Source of the DNA: Candidatus Shikimatogenerans bostrichidophilus
GTDB lineage: Bacteria > Bacteroidota > Bacteroidia > Flavobacteriales > Blattabacteriaceae
NCBI GenBank assembly: GCA_029851265.1
Contig: CP099827.1
Location: 111,107 to 175,106, forward strand
Direction: 5' to 3'
DNA length: 64,000 bases
Under the pieces are notes generated by a model. That model did no database searches and had not been told where the DNA came from. It was given only the letters and a program-made list of their open reading frames with translations. The position numbers and the translations under genes are program-made. Below are positions 56,554 to 64,000 of the stretch, in pieces; the stretch's first letter is position 1, and each line of letters starts with the position of its first letter.

Positions 56554-57277
56554 TTTTTTTTTTCTCTCTTTTTTCTAATCCTTTAATTATTGAATTAGTT
56601 AAATTATTTAAAATAAAATCTATTGATTTAGATAAATCATCATTAGCAGGTATTGGATAATCTATATAGTCTGGTGAAGAATCAGTATCTATAATACCAA
56701 CAGTATATATTAAACTTTTTTTAGCCTCTTTAACTGCTATATATTCTTTTTTAACATCTACTATAATAATAAACATAGGTAATCTATTCATATCTTTAAT
56801 TGTACCAAATTTTTTAATAATTTTATTATATTTTCTATCTTCTAAAATTCTTTCTTTTTTAGATAAATATTTATATATAGTTTTTTTTTTTTTTTCAATT
56901 ATTTTTTTTTTTTTTATTGATAATCTAGTAATTTTTATATTTGTTAATAATCCTGCTGGCCATTTATAATTAATAAAAGGCATATTAACTTTATTAGCAT
57001 ATTTTTCAATAACATATCTAATTTGTTTTTTAGTACCTACAAATAGTATTTTTCCACCTATATATGCACATTCTTTTAGCGCTAAAGCAGCTATTTTTTG
57101 ATATTTAATAATTTTAAATGGATCTAAATAATCTATATTATTTTTTTTAAATAAAATATATTTAGACATTTTAGGATTTCTATTAGAAGTATTATGACCC
57201 CAAAATACTTTATTTTTATATATTTTTTTTAATATTTTATTTTTATTTTTTTTTTCTTTTTGTATTATTTTTAACAT
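56543..57277 (-). CDS. rpsB: 30S ribosomal protein S2
   Basis: GH..NPKM..YI, ILFVGTKKQ, WPAGLLTN, DTDSSP and IPANDD. Confidence 0.97.
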   Translation of the reverse strand: MLKIIQKEKKNKNKILKKIYKNKVFWGHNTSNRNPKMSKYILFKKNNIDYLDPFKIIKYQKIAALALKECAYIGGKILFVGTKKQIRYVIEKYANKVNMPFINYKWPAGLLTNIKITRLSIKKKKIIEKKKKTIYKYLSKKERILEDRKYNKIIKKFGTIKDMNRLPMFIIIVDVKKEYIAVKEAKKSLIYTVGIIDTDSSPDYIDYPIPANDDLSKSIDFILNNLTNSIIKGLEKREKKKNEK

Positions 57278-57319
57278 TTTAATTAATAAAAAAAAATTAA
57301 ATTATAAATAATATTTTAA

Positions 57320-57739
57320 TTAACGTTTTGAAAATTGAAATTTTTTTCTTGATTTTTTTCTTCCAAATTTTTTTCTTTCTACTTGTCTAGAATCTCTAGT
57401 TAACATTTTATAGGGTTTAAAAATTTTTCTATTATTTATATCTATTTTACAAATTACTCTAGATATAGCTAAACAAATAGCCTCAGATTGCCCATTACAT
57501 CCACCTCCTTTAACTTTAACATTAATATTAAATTTATTTAAATTATTAGTTAATATTAATGGTTTAATAACGTTATTTTTTAATAATAAATTGTTTTTAA
57601 AATATTCATTAATTGTTTTATTATTAATAAGTATATTATATTTTTTTTTATTATTATTTTTTAATATATTTACATATATTAATGCAATCGAACATTTTCT
57701 TTTACCTATGCAATGGTAATATTTAATTTTATTTTTCAT
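57320..57739 (-). CDS. rpsI: 30S ribosomal protein S9
   Basis: GKRK, VKGGG..GQ..AI and LTRDSRQVERKKFG..QFSKR. Confidence 0.98.
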   Translation of the reverse strand: MKNKIKYYHCIGKRKCSIALIYVNILKNNNKKKYNILINNKTINEYFKNNLLLKNNVIKPLILTNNLNKFNINVKVKGGGCNGQSEAICLAISRVICKIDINNRKIFKPYKMLTRDSRQVERKKFGRKKSRKKFQFSKR

Positions 57740-57745
57740 TATTTT

Positions 57746-58189
57746 TTAAAAATTATTTATATTTAAAATTTTAATTTTTTGTTTTATGTTATGTTTATTA
57801 TCTTTAAATATATATATATTTTTTTTAGCTAATTTACCTAATAAATTTTTAGGTAACATTCTTTCAATACATTTTTTAATTATAATACATGGATTTTTTT
57901 TAAATAAAAATTCCATAGTATATTCTTTTTTATTACCAATATAACCACTATATATATAATATTTTTTTTTTTTAATTTTTTTTTTATTAATTTTTATTAA
58001 TTTAGCATTAATTATTATTATTTTATTTATAAAACTATAATTTGGAGTATATATTGGTAAATTTTTTCCTATTATAAATTTAGATATTTTAGAGCATAAT
58101 CTTCCTAATATTTGATTTTTAGCGTCTATTAAAAAATAATTTTTATTTTTTTTTTTAAAAAATTTTGTTTTTAAACTTAAAGAGTCCAT
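57746..58189 (-). CDS. rplM: 50S ribosomal protein L13
   Basis: IDAKNQILGRL, YTP, YSGYIG and MLPKN; rplM-rpsI-rpsB-tsf order. Confidence 0.97.
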   Translation of the reverse strand: MDSLSLKTKFFKKKNKNYFLIDAKNQILGRLCSKISKFIIGKNLPIYTPNYSFINKIIIINAKLIKINKKKIKKKKYYIYSGYIGNKKEYTMEFLFKKNPCIIIKKCIERMLPKNLLGKLAKKNIYIFKDNKHNIKQKIKILNINNF

Positions 58190-58303
58190 ATTTTTTATAT
58201 ATATAAATTAATTATTTTTAAAAAAATAATTATTTATATATAATAAATAATATAAAAAAAATAATAATTTTATATTAAAATAAATTTTAAAATTTTAAAA
58301 AAA

Positions 58304-60202
58304 ATGAATAATAAAATAATAGGTATAGATTTAGGAACTACAAATTCTTGTGTTTCAGTAATGGAAGGCAAAAATCCTGTAGTTATTCCTAATTCTGAAG
58401 GTAAAAGAACTACACCTTCTGTAGTTGCTTTTTTAGATAATAATACAAAAAAAATAGGTGATCCAGCAAAAAGACAAGCTGTAACTAATCCTAAAAATAC
58501 TATTTTTTCTATTAAAAGATTTATAGGTAGAAATTTTAATGAAATAAAAGATGAAATAAAAAATTTTCCATATAATATTAAAAGGGGTAAAAATGATACT
58601 CCATGTGTAGAAATAAATAATAAATTATATACTCCTCAAGAAATTTCATCTATAATTTTACAAAAATTAAAAAAAGACGCTGAAGAATATTTAGGTTATA
58701 ATATTAATAAAGCTGTTATTACTGTTCCAGCTTATTTTAATGATGCTCAAAGACAGGCTACTAAAGAAGCTGGTGAAATAGCAGGATTGAATGTAGAAAG
58801 AATAATAAATGAACCAACAGCAGCATCGTTATGTTATGGATTAGATAAAAAAATAAATAATAATAAAAAAATAGCAGTATACGACCTTGGTGGTGGTACT
58901 TTTGATATTTCTATATTAGAATTAGGTGATGGAGTTTTTGAGGTTTTATCTACAAATGGTGATACACATTTAGGTGGTGATGATTTTGATCAAATTCTTA
59001 TTAACTGGTTAAATGATGATTTTTATAATAAAGAAAAAATAAATTTAAAAAATGATGCTATAGCACATCAAAGATTAAAAGAAGCAGCTGAAAAAGCTAA
59101 AATTGAATTATCTTCTAGTTTACAAACAGAAATTAATTTACCATATATAACAGCAACTTCATCAGGACCTAAACATTTAGTTCAAACATTAACTAGATCA
59201 ATGTTTGAAAAATTATCATATAATTTAATTAAAAAAACTATTAATCCTTGTAAAAAAGCATTAAAAGATGCTAAATTAAATGTTAATGATATAAATGAAA
59301 TTATATTAGTAGGTGGATCTACTAGAATACCTAAAATACAAGAAGAAGTAGAAAAATTATTTAATAAAAAACCTTCAAAAGGAGTTAATCCAGATGAAGT
59401 TGTAGCTATAGGTGCAGCTATACAAGGTGGGGTATTATCTGGTGATGTTAAAGATGTTTTATTATTAGATGTAACACCTTTATCTTTAGGTATAGAAACA
59501 TTAGGAGGAGTATTTACTAAATTAATTGAATCAAATACTACTATTCCTACTAAAAAATCTGAAATTTTTTCTACTGCTACTGATAATCAATCTACAGTAA
59601 CAATAAGAGTAGGTCAGGGGGAAAGACCAATTTTTAATGATAATAAAGAAATTGGAAGATTTGATTTAATAAATATACCTTTAGCTCCAAGAGGGATACC
59701 TCAAATAGAAGTAATTTTTGATATAGATTCTAATGGTATATTAAATGTATCAGCTATGGATAAAGGAACTGGTAAAAAACAATCTATTAAAATACAGGCT
59801 TCATCAGGTTTAAGTAAAGAAGATATAGAAATAATGAAAAAAGAAGCAGAAAAAAATGCTGAAATAGATAAAAAAAAAAAAGAAGAAATAGAAAAATTAA
59901 ATATTACAGATTCTTTAATTTTTCAAACAGAAAAACAAATACAAGAAAATAAAGAAAAAATTTCAAATGAAAATTTAAAAAATATAGAAGAAATTTTAAA
60001 TAAATTAAAATCTGCTCATTTAACTAAAAATTTTAATGATATAGATATTTATACTAAAAAATTAAATGATTTATGGAATATAATATCTAGAGAAATATAT
60101 CAAAATAAAAGTGACATAAATAATAATCAAAATAATAATGATAAAGTTAATGATGAGAACAAAGATACACAAGATGTAGATTATGAAGAGGTAAAAAAAT
60201 AA
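58304..60202 (+). CDS. dnaK: Chaperone DnaK
   Basis: [25 protein letters not shown] and VNPDEVVA. Confidence 0.99.
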   Translation: MNNKIIGIDLGTTNSCVSVMEGKNPVVIPNSEGKRTTPSVVAFLDNNTKKIGDPAKRQAVTNPKNTIFSIKRFIGRNFNEIKDEIKNFPYNIKRGKNDTPCVEINNKLYTPQEISSIILQKLKKDAEEYLGYNINKAVITVPAYFNDAQRQATKEAGEIAGLNVERIINEPTAASLCYGLDKKINNNKKIAVYDLGGGTFDISILELGDGVFEVLSTNGDTHLGGDDFDQILINWLNDDFYNKEKINLKNDAIAHQRLKEAAEKAKIELSSSLQTEINLPYITATSSGPKHLVQTLTRSMFEKLSYNLIKKTINPCKKALKDAKLNVNDINEIILVGGSTRIPKIQEEVEKLFNKKPSKGVNPDEVVAIGAAIQGGVLSGDVKDVLLLDVTPLSLGIETLGGVFTKLIESNTTIPTKKSEIFSTATDNQSTVTIRVGQGERPIFNDNKEIGRFDLINIPLAPRGIPQIEVIFDIDSNGILNVSAMDKGTGKKQSIKIQASSGLSKEDIEIMKKEAEKNAEIDKKKKEEIEKLNITDSLIFQTEKQIQENKEKISNENLKNIEEILNKLKSAHLTKNFNDIDIYTKKLNDLWNIISREIYQNKSDINNNQNNNDKVNDENKDTQDVDYEEVKK

Positions 60203-60212
60203 TTTTTATTTT

Positions 60213-60250
60213 TTAAAAAAGCTGTTTATTTAATTTAACAGCTTTTTTAA
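60213..60250. terminator. Intrinsic terminator between convergent dnaK and tRNA-Arg
   Basis: TTAAAAAAGCTGTT (60213-60226) pairs with AACAGCTTTTTTAA (60237-60250); GC-containing stem with T-tracts on both strands. Confidence 0.8.
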
Positions 60251-60266
60251 TTTATAATTTTATAAA

Positions 60267-60340
60267 TAACCTCGAAAGGATTTGAACCCTTAACCTTCTG
60301 ATCCGTAGTCAGATGCTCTATCCAATTGAGCTACGAGGTT
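60267..60340 (-). tRNA. tRNA-Arg(ACG)
   Basis: Reverse complement AACCTCG..CGAGGTTA; anticodon arm TCTGA-CTACGGA-TCAGA. Confidence 0.95.
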
Positions 60341-60355
60341 TTATATAATTTTAAA

Positions 60356-61222
60356 ATGGATAAAAAAAAATTAATTAATGATAAAAGGTTTTTTTTAATT
60401 GATGCTTTTATATATATATATAAATATTATTTTTCTCTTAAAAAAACTTTTTATGGTAATTATATATTATTAGGGTTTTTAAATTTAATAATTAATATTT
60501 TAATAAAAGAAAAACCTACATATATAGTTGTTGTATTTGATTGTAAAATTAAAAATAATTATAAAAAAAAAATATTTAAAAATTATAAAATAAAAAGAAA
60601 AAAAAGTTCAATAAAAATAAGTGAATCTATACCATATATAAAAAAATATTTAAAATTATTAAATATTCCTATTATTACTTCTAAAACTTTTGAAGCTGAT
60701 GATATAATAGGTACTTTAATAAAAAAAAATGAAAAAAATGGTTATATAAATTATATTTTTACGGAAGATAAAGATTTTTATCAATTTATATCTAATAAAA
60801 CATTTATTTTAAAAAAAAATTTATGTATTGATAAAAAATTTGTATTAAATAAATATAATATTGTATTCATAAAACAATTAATAGATGTTTTTAGTATGAC
60901 AGGAGATAATACAGATAATATACCTGGTATTCCTTATATAGGTATTAAAACAGCTAATAAATTATTAAAAAAATATAAAAATATTGAAAAAATTTATTTA
61001 AATATAAAAAAAATAGATAAAAAAATTAAAAAAAAAATATTACATTATAAATATTTAGCTTTTTTATCTAAAAAATTATTTATTATAAATAATAATGTTA
61101 AAATTAAATTAATTAATTATAGAAAAAAAATTAAAATAAACAAAATAAATAAAATTTTATTTTTGTTAAATAAAAATTTTTTTAAAAATAAAATAAATAA
61201 AATAAAAAACATTTTTTTATAA
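60356..61222 (+). CDS. polA: 5'-3' exonuclease / flap endonuclease (PolA N-terminal domain only)
   Basis: FLIDA, VVFD, YK..R, FEADDIIGT, DKDFYQ and GDNTDNIPGIPYIGIKTA; no polymerase domain. ATG at 60356 (the tracked start lies inside the tRNA). Confidence 0.88.
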   Translation: MDKKKLINDKRFFLIDAFIYIYKYYFSLKKTFYGNYILLGFLNLIINILIKEKPTYIVVVFDCKIKNNYKKKIFKNYKIKRKKSSIKISESIPYIKKYLKLLNIPIITSKTFEADDIIGTLIKKNEKNGYINYIFTEDKDFYQFISNKTFILKKNLCIDKKFVLNKYNIVFIKQLIDVFSMTGDNTDNIPGIPYIGIKTANKLLKKYKNIEKIYLNIKKIDKKIKKKILHYKYLAFLSKKLFIINNNVKIKLINYRKKIKINKINKILFLLNKNFFKNKINKIKNIFL

Positions 61223-61268
61223 AAAAAAATTATTATTTTATATAATAAATAATTTAATTTTTAAAAAC

Positions 61269-61640
61269 ATGAACTTAATTTATAAAATTTTTTTATTTTT
61301 ATTTTTTTATTTTTTTATAAATATATTTTTAGATATAAAAACAAATATATTTAATACTAATAATGATATTTTATTATTATATAAACCAAAATATATATTT
61401 ATTAATATAATTAAAAAATTAATAAATTTTTTATTTTTATTTATTTTTATTAAAATTTTAAAAAAAAATTTAAATATATTTATATTAAGAATTATTAATA
61501 ATATAATAAATATATATGTAACATATAATTTATTATCATTTATTATTCAAATAATGTCAATAATTTGTTTATCGTTTATATATAAATCTATTATTTTATT
61601 ATTTATATTTTTAATTTTAATTTTAAATTTTTTTTACTAA
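61269..61640 (+). CDS. Hypothetical small membrane protein
   Basis: 123-aa open frame filling the gap between co-oriented genes; several hydrophobic stretches; no diagnostic motif. Confidence 0.5.
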   Translation: MNLIYKIFLFLFFYFFINIFLDIKTNIFNTNNDILLLYKPKYIFINIIKKLINFLFLFIFIKILKKNLNIFILRIINNIINIYVTYNLLSFIIQIMSIICLSFIYKSIILLFIFLILILNFFY

Positions 61641-61688
61641 AAAACTTATTTAATTATTAATTAACTAATAAATTTTAATATTATATAT

Positions 61689-62708
61689 ATGAAAAAAAAA
61701 ATATATAAATTATTAAAATTTATATCTTCTCCTGATAATTTTAATAATAGATTAACTAATAATATTAATAATTTATTTTATAAAAATAATGTAATTATTA
61801 TTTATATACAATTATATAATAATTCAATTAATATTAGAGAAAATATATCTAATGAAATTAAAAATATTATATTATCTTTTTTTAAAGATAAGTTTAAAAT
61901 ACAAATTAATTTTGAAATTAAAAAAAAAACTTATTTTTTAAAAGAAAAATATAATATACCAGGAATAAAAAAAATTTTAATTATTATTTCTGGTAAGGGA
62001 GGAGTAGGAAAATCTACAGTTTGTTCTATTTTATCTATTTTTCTTAGTAAGAAATATAAAGTAGGAATATTAGATGCTGATATTTTTGGACCTTCAATAC
62101 CAACTTTATTTAAAATTAATAATAAAAATATAAATTATAATAAAAAAAATATGTTTATACCAATAAATATAAATAATATAAAAATTATATCATTAGGATT
62201 ATTAATTAAAAATAATGTAATTTTAAGAGGTCCTATGGCCTCAAAATTAATAAATACAATAATTTATAATACATATTGGGGTAAATTAGATTATTTAATA
62301 ATTGATTTACCACCTGGTACTAGTGATATACATATATCTATTTTAAGAGATATAAAAATACATGGTGCTATTTTTATTAGTATACCTAAAAAAATATCTA
62401 TTATTGATGTTAAAAAATCTATAAATATGGTTTTAAATAAATATATTAATATACCTATTATTGGTATTATAGAAAATATGTCATTTTTTATCTGTGAAAA
62501 AAAAAAAAAAAAATATTATATTTTTGGTAAAAAAAATTATATTAAAAATTTTTCTAAAAAAGAAAAAATAAATTTTTTAGGTAGTATACCTTTTTATAAA
62601 AATATAAATTTATTAATTAATAATAAAATTAAAAAAAATAAATTTATAAAAACAATAATTAAAAATATATTAAATAATATTTTTAAAAATGAAAAAAAAA
62701 AATTATAA
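61689..62708 (+). CDS. apbC: Mrp/ApbC (NBP35) Fe-S cluster carrier ATPase
   Basis: SGKGGVGKST, DADIFGPSIP, RGPM, WGKLDYLIIDLPPGTSD and GIIENMS. Confidence 0.95.
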   Translation: MKKKIYKLLKFISSPDNFNNRLTNNINNLFYKNNVIIIYIQLYNNSINIRENISNEIKNIILSFFKDKFKIQINFEIKKKTYFLKEKYNIPGIKKILIIISGKGGVGKSTVCSILSIFLSKKYKVGILDADIFGPSIPTLFKINNKNINYNKKNMFIPININNIKIISLGLLIKNNVILRGPMASKLINTIIYNTYWGKLDYLIIDLPPGTSDIHISILRDIKIHGAIFISIPKKISIIDVKKSINMVLNKYINIPIIGIIENMSFFICEKKKKKYYIFGKKNYIKNFSKKEKINFLGSIPFYKNINLLINNKIKKNKFIKTIIKNILNNIFKNEKKKL

Positions 62709-64000
62709 TTTAGATTTATGTGTTATTTTTTCTGGGTTATCTGGTGAAGGTATACAATTTATGGGACATCATTTTTGTTATATTTTATATAAAAAAAAAT
62801 TTTTTATAAAAACTTTAAATGAAATACCATCAGAAATATTTTCACCTACAAAACAAATTTCAGATATATCAAATTTTATAATAAGATTTTCAAATAAAAA
62901 TATAATTAGTTATGAAAAAAAAACAAACATTATTATTGTTACTAATTATTTATCATTAAAAAAAAATATTAATAATATTGAAAATAATTGTTTTTTTATT
63001 ATTGATTTTAATCAAAATAATTTAAATTTATTAAAAAATGATAAAAAATTATTTTTAAAATTAAAAACAAAAAAAAAATTTATATTTAATAGTTCAAATT
63101 ATATAAATTATAATTTATTGATTAAATATAAAATTAAATTATCTTATATTAAATTTTTAAAAAATTCTTTTTTATTAGGTTTATTATTATATATTTTAAA
63201 TATATCTAAAAAATATTCATTAGAATATTTTAAAAAAAAGGTTAAAATTAAAAATATATTATTAATTAATTATTTAATTTTAAAATTAGGAATAAAAATA
63301 GGTAAAAAAAAAATTAAAAATAATAAATTATATATAAATGTAAATAATAATAAAAATAAATATAAATTAATTAATGGTAATTATGGTATTGTTTTAGGTA
63401 TTATAAGTGCTGCAATTAAATATAATGTTAATATATTTTATGCTAGTTATCCAATAACTCCTGCTACTACTATTCATAAATATTTATATAAATATAAAAA
63501 AATTTGTAATATAAAAATTTTAGAAGCTGAAGATGAAATATCTTCTATTTGTTCGTCTATAGGAGCTTCTTTTTCTGGTAAAATAGGTATTACTGCTACT
63601 TCTGGACCTGGTATGTCTTTAATACAAGAATCTTTAGGATTAGCATTTATGTTAGAATTACCTTTAATAGTAATTAATGTACAAAGGGGAGGGCCATCTA
63701 CTGGTTTACCTACAAAATTAGAACAATCAGATTTAATGCAAGCAATATATGGTAGACATGGAGAAGCACCTATACCAGTATTGGCTATTAGTTCAATTAA
63801 AAATTGTTTTAGAATATTATTATATGCTTTAAAAATATCTATAGAATTTATGACCCCTGTAATAATACTTAGTGATATTTTAATATCTAATAATTTATGT
63901 TTATGGAAAATTTCAGAATATAAAAAATATAAAAAATTAAATATTATAAAAAAAAATATAAAAAATAATTTTTTTAAAAGAAACAAAAATTATACTAAAG
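62689..64000 (+). CDS. korA: 2-oxoacid:ferredoxin oxidoreductase subunit alpha (runs off the window end)
   Basis: Manual translation from ATG 62689: FSGLSGEGIQFMG..PSEI..YPITPA..EAEDEI..ATSGPGMSL..NVQRGGPSTGLPTK.EQSDL..GRHGEAP; no stop seen. Confidence 0.94.
   Translation, partial: MKKKNYNLDLCVIFSGLSGEGIQFMGHHFCYILYKKKFFIKTLNEIPSEIFSPTKQISDISNFIIRFSNKNIISYEKKTNIIIVTNYLSLKKNINNIENNCFFIIDFNQNNLNLLKNDKKLFLKLKTKKKFIFNSSNYINYNLLIKYKIKLSYIKFLKNSFLLGLLLYILNISKKYSLEYFKKKVKIKNILLINYLILKLGIKIGKKKIKNNKLYINVNNNKNKYKLINGNYGIVLGIISAAIKYNVNIFYASYPITPATTIHKYLYKYKKICNIKILEAEDEISSICSSIGASFSGKIGITATSGPGMSLIQESLGLAFMLELPLIVINVQRGGPSTGLPTKLEQSDLMQAIYGRHGEAPIPVLAISSIKNCFRILLYALKISIEFMTPVIILSDILISNNLCLWKISEYKKYKKLNIIKKNIKNNFFKRNKNYTK

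Noticed and set aside
61269..61640. Prophage remnant (holin)
   Set aside because: Family assignment is weak and there are no phage genes, integrase or att-like repeats nearby.
63474..63986. 170-aa minus-strand ORF
   Set aside because: Antisense shadow of korA, which the track missed because it has no stop inside the window.

Overview
Gene-dense, extremely AT-rich DNA from a highly reduced Bacteroidota (Flavobacteriales-like) insect endosymbiont, read with standard code 11. The only biosynthetic genes seen are shikimate/chorismate genes (DAHP synthase-chorismate mutase, aroC, aroK), which points to a 'Candidatus Shikimatogenerans'-like beetle symbiont; this is inference from gene content, not a database match. 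The window holds about 55 housekeeping CDS (translation, tRNA modification, chaperones, replication/repair, Fe-S, korAB) and 11 tRNAs. I found no mobile elements, CRISPR arrays or rRNA. Manual translation recovered genes the ORF track missed or truncated: full miaA, infC, the exonuclease-fused N-terminus of dnaE, korA and a longer thrS fragment. Main anomalies: (1) a full-length GAPDH lacking its catalytic Cys, His, Arg and phosphate-site residues; (2) a junction joining tilS out of frame to the C-terminal part of thrS; (3) dnaE and tilS broken at T-homopolymers, plus miaA and infC without AUG starts; (4) long perfect hairpins at convergent gene junctions; (5) MutL without its endonuclease motif; (6) a DUF3127 protein with an SSB-type tail. 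Homopolymer frameshifts and the tilS/thrS junction could be sequencing or assembly artefacts and need read-level checks.
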